In this document: positions 58,808 through 64,000 of the stretch, in pieces | Layout of the letters: each line of letters begins with the position of its first letter | Numbering within the stretch: the stretch's first letter is position 1 | Source of the DNA: Patescibacteria group bacterium | Lineage (GTDB): Bacteria > Patescibacteriota > Microgenomatia > UBA1400 > PJMF01 | Direction of reading: 5' to 3' | DNA length: 64,000 nt | NCBI GenBank assembly: GCA_016861205.1 | Contig: BOKX01000001.1 | Span: 264,539 to 328,538, forward strand | The notes under the pieces: model-generated | Told to the model about the DNA's origin: nothing | What the model saw: the letters and a program-made list of their open reading frames with translations, nothing else | Databases searched by the model: none | Program-made: the position numbers and the translations under genes

Positions 58808-60031
58808 TTACACTTTATCCAGTAATTGTTTTACTCGCCACGCTAAATACGGCATCGGCACAGCCCGGGACACGACAAGTGCCCAAACTGCACCAACCAA
58901 ACCCCAATGCTGACTCCACCACGGCATTAAAGTAACCAGCAACATGAGACTTAAAGCTTGATGCCAATTGAGCGTCTTCAAACTATTCTTGGCATACAAC
59001 ACAGTGTAGCTGAGCATGGTAATGCTCTGTAGCCAACCAGCCAGCAACATCACCCGAATTGTGGGAATAGATTCCAACCACTGGTCGCCAAACACCAACA
59101 GGACTAGTTCTCGAGGGAACGCGAACAAGGGCAGAGAGGCTACCATCGCAAGTGCCAATCCAAAAACCATAGTTTTCATCACCGCCCGTCGCCACCGCAC
59201 TGGTTCCGAAACCAGTCGGGTGTAAACCGGTAAGGTGCCATGATGCAGTGACTTACTAATTTCATAGTTCAACTCGTGTGACACTGCATAGCTATTCTGA
59301 TATAGACCTAAACTAAACGTACCCAATATCTTGCCAATTATTAAGTTATCTAAGTTCTCATTTAAGTATGAAAGAATACTCGACAAACTTAGCCAGGTTG
59401 CATTCTTAAAAATAATCTCGGCTCGGCTACTCAAGTACTCAAATCGTGGCCGAAGTTTGAAAAACAAAAATGAGATAATGACTTCGAACACAGCCACCCC
59501 TACTAAACTCAGCACCCACACTGACACCGAGCGACCCCACCAAACCAGTCCAATAGCTAAAACAGTCTCCATGGCTGTCAAGCTGAACCGGTACGCTGCA
59601 TCAGACCAAAATGACAAGCTTTTGTGTAAATCAATAATGGCTGGATTAATAAATCCTTTAATAGCAGGAACTAAAGAGGCGATGGTGATGAGGAAAAACA
59701 GCTCGGATTGTTTGAAGTAGATCTGCATCCCCCATCCTAATGCAATCATCAACAAACTAATTAAAAATCCTCGACAGATCGCAATCACCCAAGCCGTATT
59801 GAGAAAGTAACTGACTGAGTGCTTGGACTGCAAAATGGTTAAGTTGACTCCTGTTTGGGTGACTGACTCACTGATGCCTAAGGCAATCATAACCAGAGAG
59901 TAAATGCCAAACTCAGTGGGACCAAGAAGTCGCGCCAAAACCATCATTTTCACCAGCACCAAAGCATTCCCCACCAACTTCAACAGTGTCTGTGAACTAA
60001 AACCAGCTAGTACCTTTTCCAGGTAACCCAT
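58808..60031 (-). CDS. Wzx-like polysaccharide flippase (MOP/polysaccharide biosynthesis protein family)
   Basis: Start taken at MGYLEKVLAG (60031). VLARLLGPTEFGIY motif and ~12 TM helices typical of Wzx/MOP exporters. Confidence 0.68.
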   Translation of the reverse strand: MGYLEKVLAGFSSQTLLKLVGNALVLVKMMVLARLLGPTEFGIYSLVMIALGISESVTQTGVNLTILQSKHSVSYFLNTAWVIAICRGFLISLLMIALGWGMQIYFKQSELFFLITIASLVPAIKGFINPAIIDLHKSLSFWSDAAYRFSLTAMETVLAIGLVWWGRSVSVWVLSLVGVAVFEVIISFLFFKLRPRFEYLSSRAEIIFKNATWLSLSSILSYLNENLDNLIIGKILGTFSLGLYQNSYAVSHELNYEISKSLHHGTLPVYTRLVSEPVRWRRAVMKTMVFGLALAMVASLPLFAFPRELVLLVFGDQWLESIPTIRVMLLAGWLQSITMLSYTVLYAKNSLKTLNWHQALSLMLLVTLMPWWSQHWGLVGAVWALVVSRAVPMPYLAWRVKQLLDKV

Positions 60032-60086
60032 ACCTGTATTATTACGGTTTACCCGTTGCACCGCTACTGGAGAAAATAGATAATCA

Positions 60087-60668
60087 TTGGGTATGTCTTT
60101 TGTCCTACGATCACTTGGTGAACTTTTTCTTGATATTGTCGAAACAGTAGTGATAGCGTTATCGATTTTTTTGGTGGTGTATCTGTTTTTTATGCAACCA
60201 CACCAGGTTAACGGCCAATCAATGGTTCCCAACTTTCAAAGTGGTGAGTATGTTTTGACGGATAAAATTAGCTATCGGCTGGGAGATCCCAAACCAGGTC
60301 AAATTATTGTTTTCCACGCTCCAGAGGCAGCTAAGTGCCCTAAGGGCACCGGCTGTGACTTCATTAAACGGATTTTGGCAGGGCCAGGTGACACGGTTGA
60401 GGTCAAAAATGACCAGATTATCGTGAACGGCACTCCACGCAACGAACCATACATCCCGGCTGACTTTGAAACACTCCCTGGCGCATTCACCAAAGGCCGG
60501 GTTATTACCCTGAATGAAAACGAGTACTTTGTGGTAGGCGATAATCGTCCCTACTCGAGTGACTCTCGTGCTTGGGGACCCATCACCCGTGACGAGATTG
60601 TCGGTCGCGCGTTCTTCCGCTACTGGCCACTCGATAAAGCCGGCCCAATTGTGCCTTCAGTGTACTAG
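60087..60668 (+). CDS. lepB: Signal peptidase I
   Basis: GQSMVPNF (catalytic Ser box) and VGDNRPYSSDSRAWG (box E) motifs. Confidence 0.9.
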   Translation: MGMSFVLRSLGELFLDIVETVVIALSIFLVVYLFFMQPHQVNGQSMVPNFQSGEYVLTDKISYRLGDPKPGQIIVFHAPEAAKCPKGTGCDFIKRILAGPGDTVEVKNDQIIVNGTPRNEPYIPADFETLPGAFTKGRVITLNENEYFVVGDNRPYSSDSRAWGPITRDEIVGRAFFRYWPLDKAGPIVPSVY

Positions 60669-60735
60669 GACCTTCAATGACACAAACCACCACCGTTAGA
60701 TGCGATGGTTGTGTACGATGAGGGTTGCGCTCAAA

Positions 60736-61569
60736 CTAACTCTCTTCAGGGGTCAAATCTGCAAACGACAAGACTTTCTCGATGTCTTTTTGGGTGGCTT
60801 CTGGCGGCCCTCGGAAGGTAAATGTTACTCGAGTCTGTCGTTCCGAGCGAACAAGTTTAAATTGGGTGCGGCAGTGAAACATTGACTGGAACTGCTTTTC
60901 CCACTTGTTAAGCAAGTCATCATCGATTGGTTTTGGTCTACCCGGCCAGCTGCGGCGCTCCGGCTGACTTTCACGATAACGACGAGCCAACTCTTCAGCT
61001 CGTCGCACCGAGGCCCCTTCTTTGAGGATGGTTTTGAAACACTCAACCATCTGTTTTTCGTCTTTGATGCTGCCGATTGCCCGTGCATGACCTTCTGTAA
61101 TGGCTCCGCTGACTAAACCATCTTTAATTGCATCCGGTAAATCTAAAAGTTGGATGGTGTTGGTAACGTATGACTTCGACTTACCAATTTTTTCAGACAA
61201 ATCTGCAATCGTGTGCCGGAACTGGGTCATAAGCTGCTGAAATGCTTGTGCTCGCTCGAGTGGTGACAAGTCAACCCGTTGCACATTCTCGACAAGTGCC
61301 ATCTCTAGCATTCCTTTAGGGCTCGTCTTTTTGATCACGACTGGCACTTCGGTCACGCCAGCTTCTTTAGCAGCGCGCCAGCGCCGCTCCCCGGCTACTA
61401 TCTGGTAACCAGCTGGTGTCTCAGCGACCACCAAAGGCTCCAAAACGCCAAAGATTTTGATAGATTGCACCAACTCATCCAAATCATCCTTTTGCATTAA
61501 ACTGCGCGGCTGAAAGGGGTTGGGCTGTAACTGATTAATCGGGAGGGTTTGCATTTTGTGATCTGCCAT
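60736..61569 (-). CDS. parB: ParB/Spo0J-family chromosome partitioning protein
   Basis: LPINQLQPNPFQPR...LVQSIKIFGVLEPLVV...GERRWRAAKEAG ParB box motifs. HTH. Start taken at MADHKMQ. Confidence 0.85.
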   Translation of the reverse strand: MADHKMQTLPINQLQPNPFQPRSLMQKDDLDELVQSIKIFGVLEPLVVAETPAGYQIVAGERRWRAAKEAGVTEVPVVIKKTSPKGMLEMALVENVQRVDLSPLERAQAFQQLMTQFRHTIADLSEKIGKSKSYVTNTIQLLDLPDAIKDGLVSGAITEGHARAIGSIKDEKQMVECFKTILKEGASVRRAEELARRYRESQPERRSWPGRPKPIDDDLLNKWEKQFQSMFHCRTQFKLVRSERQTRVTFTFRGPPEATQKDIEKVLSFADLTPEES

Positions 61570-61653
61570 ACCCATAGGTATAGCACATCTTAGACAGCAA
61601 GACACTCACCAAAATAGAGGGTCTACCATTATAGACAGGGACACACGCGTGAA

Positions 61654-61911
61654 TTAAGCGGAGACGACGTTGACCACTGTCCGGCCAAAACGTTGTGAGA
61701 ACTTGACGATGCCACTCATCATGGCAAAAATTGTATGATCTTTACCCATAGACACACCGGTACCAGCTTTGTACTTAGCACCGCGCTGGCGCAAAATGAT
61801 GTGACCTGGCTGAACAGCTTGACCACCACTTTTCTTCAAACCTAAGCGCTTGCCGTGGCGACGGCTTTGCGGATGTTGACGAACACTTCCACCAGCTTTG
61901 ACGTGTGACAT
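61654..61911 (-). CDS. rpmA: 50S ribosomal protein L27
   Basis: MSHVKAGGS...RLGLKKSGGQ...RQRGAKYKAG pattern of L27. Confidence 0.9.
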   Translation of the reverse strand: MSHVKAGGSVRQHPQSRRHGKRLGLKKSGGQAVQPGHIILRQRGAKYKAGTGVSMGKDHTIFAMMSGIVKFSQRFGRTVVNVVSA

Positions 61912-61918
61912 ATGTGTA

Positions 61919-63082
61919 CTACTTTCCTAAAAACTTAAATGTCCAGACCTCTCGTTCGACTACGGCTTGTGGTCGATAGTATAAAGTCGGCCCAGATAGT
62001 GTAGTGTACCGGAGGTCGGGCAACTTGTCAATTAAAGTTTGACACCGATAGGTCTGTTTCGGGGTAACAACACGTGGCAAGATCATAACCACTACCGCAC
62101 CTGGCTTCAAAACTGATTGCCAGTGCTTAAAGGCACCTAAGTACATTTTTTCCAAACCTTTAAAAATCGATGGCAGCTGTTCTGTGCGAGGAGTTTGTTT
62201 ACCCAAAAATGGCTCTGTCACAATCAAATCAATTGGTTTTCGAGGCTGAGCATGAGCGACATCACCAAGCACCCACTCTTCAGCTGCTTGCAACTCATAG
62301 GTATGTTGTAACCAAGCCAAGTTTTTCTGAGAACCGGTGACGGAATCAGGATCGCTATCAGAGCCCACGACACTGCAACCTTGCACTGCCGCTTCCATCA
62401 GCACCGTGCCCGTCCCACAAAATGGATCATAAACCCGGATACTTGCCCGATCTACATCTGGTGTGGCAGCGGAAACACCCAGCTGGCCTAAGCCAATGTT
62501 CAACAACATGCGAGCAACTTTGGGAGGCAACATGCCTTTTTTGCGATCTGCGTAGGGCTTCGAGCGATCGCGACGCGTCCAGTTATCAATATCCTGAACT
62601 CCTCGAGTCTCAGCCATGATTACGCCGTTGTCAGTTGAAACCAGCAACATCTCGATGACATTGCGGTGATGCAATAACACAGAAGCAGATAAGCCCGTTC
62701 TTGGGCCATCAATGTATCGAGCAGTCACGTCTTTTTGCTTGAGAAGAGCCTTCAGTTCTGCCAAATCGAAGAGTGGTAGGTGGTCTCGACCGAGCTCAGC
62801 TAGGCCAAAAGTGACCTTACCACCATACTGGCTCAATTCTGAAACGAGGGCTTCTTTAACAGAGTCAGGTTCGGAAGCTTCCCCTGTCAAGATCTGGAGT
62901 GGTTTGAAGTACTTGATGATGCCGCCTGACCGCTCGAAAAACACCTCAGGTGTTAGACCAGCTGGTAAAGTAACCTCGACAAGTTGTGGATGCAATAATA
63001 CGGCTTCAGTCCCAGTTAGGGCCTGAATTTCAGCCATTGATAGTTCTGGCGTGGAGCCGAGCAGGCAGTAAATTGTGGTCAT
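61919..63082 (-). CDS. Trm11/TrmN-like RNA (guanine-N2) methyltransferase with N-terminal THUMP-like region
   Basis: LPPKVARMLLNIG (Trm11-family motif). SAM motif I VYDPFCGTGTVLMEAA. Motif IV DLIVTEPFLG. Confidence 0.62.
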   Translation of the reverse strand: MTTIYCLLGSTPELSMAEIQALTGTEAVLLHPQLVEVTLPAGLTPEVFFERSGGIIKYFKPLQILTGEASEPDSVKEALVSELSQYGGKVTFGLAELGRDHLPLFDLAELKALLKQKDVTARYIDGPRTGLSASVLLHHRNVIEMLLVSTDNGVIMAETRGVQDIDNWTRRDRSKPYADRKKGMLPPKVARMLLNIGLGQLGVSAATPDVDRASIRVYDPFCGTGTVLMEAAVQGCSVVGSDSDPDSVTGSQKNLAWLQHTYELQAAEEWVLGDVAHAQPRKPIDLIVTEPFLGKQTPRTEQLPSIFKGLEKMYLGAFKHWQSVLKPGAVVVMILPRVVTPKQTYRCQTLIDKLPDLRYTTLSGPTLYYRPQAVVEREVWTFKFLGK

Positions 63083-63399
63083 TAGGCTTGAATGCTGACC
63101 ACTTCAAGAGTTGTCTGACGTTGACGGTGGCCGCGCACTCGACGATAGCGAGACTTGGCTTTGTAGGTGGCCACTCGCAATTTTTCACCAAGCTCATGGT
63201 TAACTACTTTCAGCACGACACTTGCCCCTTTGACCAGAGGTGCACCGATGGACACAGACTTGCCATCATTGACTAACAAAACATCAGTCACAGTTACAGT
63301 TTCATTGGCTGGGGTAGCTAAACGATCAACCACTAAAGTCTCACCTTCAGTGATTTTGTGTTGTTTGCCGGCTACTTGAATAATCGCATATTTTGACAT
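63082..63399 (-). CDS. rplU: 50S ribosomal protein L21
   Basis: MSKYAIIQVAGKQHKITEGETL... pattern of L21. Confidence 0.9.
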   Translation of the reverse strand: MSKYAIIQVAGKQHKITEGETLVVDRLATPANETVTVTDVLLVNDGKSVSIGAPLVKGASVVLKVVNHELGEKLRVATYKAKSRYRRVRGHRQRQTTLEVVSIQA

Positions 63400-63427
63400 G
63401 GGAGGGATTATAGCACGTCTGTCTGGA

Positions 63428-64000
63428 TTACGTTAGATGCAACTCTTTGAGTTGTTGGTGCCAACGACTGATAGCTTGAACTATACCAAAGCTCAAACAA
63501 ACTGCCAAAAATGAACTGCCACCATACGATACAAATGGCAAGGTAATACCAGTAATGGGAACTAAACCCATGTTCATACCGATGTTAATCATGACTTGAA
63601 CCATCAACATGCCGCTAATGGCATAACAGTAATAGCTGGCGGCTACATCAGTACTTTGATCAGCAATTCGATGGAGCGACCAGAGAAGCAGACCGTAACC
63701 ACTAAGCACCACAGCTGCTCCTAAAAAGCCGAGTTCTTCGGCCAAGGACGCAAAAATAAAGTCCGTTTGTCGTTCAGGCAAAAAACGCAAATGTGACTGA
63801 ATTCCCTGCCCCAAACCACGACCCAACAATTGTCCTGAGCCAACTGCAATGAGCGCCTGGCGAGCATTGTAACTGGCGTCTTGATTGCTACTAGTGTTGA
63901 GAAATGAGGTGATGCGGGCTTTCTGGTAGGGTGCTAACCACCAATGCCAGCTGGTCACTGCCACCACAATTGCTATGGCGCCAACCCCGACGATCCACCG
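63428..64000 (-). CDS. SEDS-family peptidoglycan glycosyltransferase (FtsW/RodA), C-terminal part. The gene continues beyond the window end
   Basis: FIFASLAEELGFLGA and PLPFVSYGGSS motifs of FtsW/RodA. The ORF is open to position 64000. Confidence 0.75.
   Translation of the reverse strand, partial: RWIVGVGAIAIVVAVTSWHWWLAPYQKARITSFLNTSSNQDASYNARQALIAVGSGQLLGRGLGQGIQSHLRFLPERQTDFIFASLAEELGFLGAAVVLSGYGLLLWSLHRIADQSTDVAASYYCYAISGMLMVQVMINIGMNMGLVPITGITLPFVSYGGSSFLAVCLSFGIVQAISRWHQQLKELHLT

Overview
This 64 kb window (about 48% GC) is a densely coded chromosomal segment with no large non-coding gaps.

Recognisable housekeeping genes:
- trpS preceded by a probable T-box leader, a HIT-family gene, mutM/fpg, a split transketolase (two ORFs), and truB.
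- rplS, yraN-like, a phosphoribosyltransferase, pyrG and dnaE.
- gatC-gatA-NUDIX-gatB, htpX-lemA, a short PolX, lepB and parB.
- rplU, a Trm11-like methyltransferase and rpmA in a row, and a partial SEDS (FtsW/RodA) gene at the 3' edge.
- Five tRNAs: Lys-UUU, Glu-UUC, Asp-GUC, Gly-CCC and Thr-CGU.

Several carbohydrate and envelope modules sit between these:
- (i) A GT4, GH57, GH15 and BadF-type sugar kinase alpha-glucan cluster.
- (ii) A processive GT2 synthase carrying the QxxRW motif, followed by a multi-TM GT-C (GT39-like) protein fused to a GH8-like domain. This is a cellulose-synthase-like two-gene machine.
- (iii) A seven-gene minus-strand operon: CofD/YvcK-like, GT2, APH-like kinase, EEP phosphoesterase, ChbG/YdjC deacetylase and two unknowns.
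- (iv) A Wzx-like flippase, GT-C, GT2 and O-antigen-ligase-like operon.

The most unusual single gene is a 770-aa protein of unknown function whose last ~95 aa look like a RelE/ParE toxin fold. It is transcribed divergently from the GT2 synthase.

Other notable items:
- A 907-aa secreted beta-helix protein with a (PS/PT)n linker.
- A DUF2207 membrane protein with a poly-Gly tail.
- A thioredoxin-NHL fusion.
- A probable C-terminal MFS half lying between two tRNA genes.
- A G9 homopolymer in an RBS position.
- A repeated 12-nt motif (CATACTTGTCAT) that in one place forms a nested inverted repeat around a terminator-like hairpin.

No CRISPR array, transposase, integrase or rRNA was seen.

Gene content (split tkt, many glycosyltransferases, GH57/GH15, many orphan hypotheticals) suggests a small-genome lineage, either CPR/Patescibacteria-like (e.g. 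Saccharibacteria-like) or Chloroflexi-like. I cannot decide between them from sequence alone.

All calls rest on motif recognition by eye, not on database searches.
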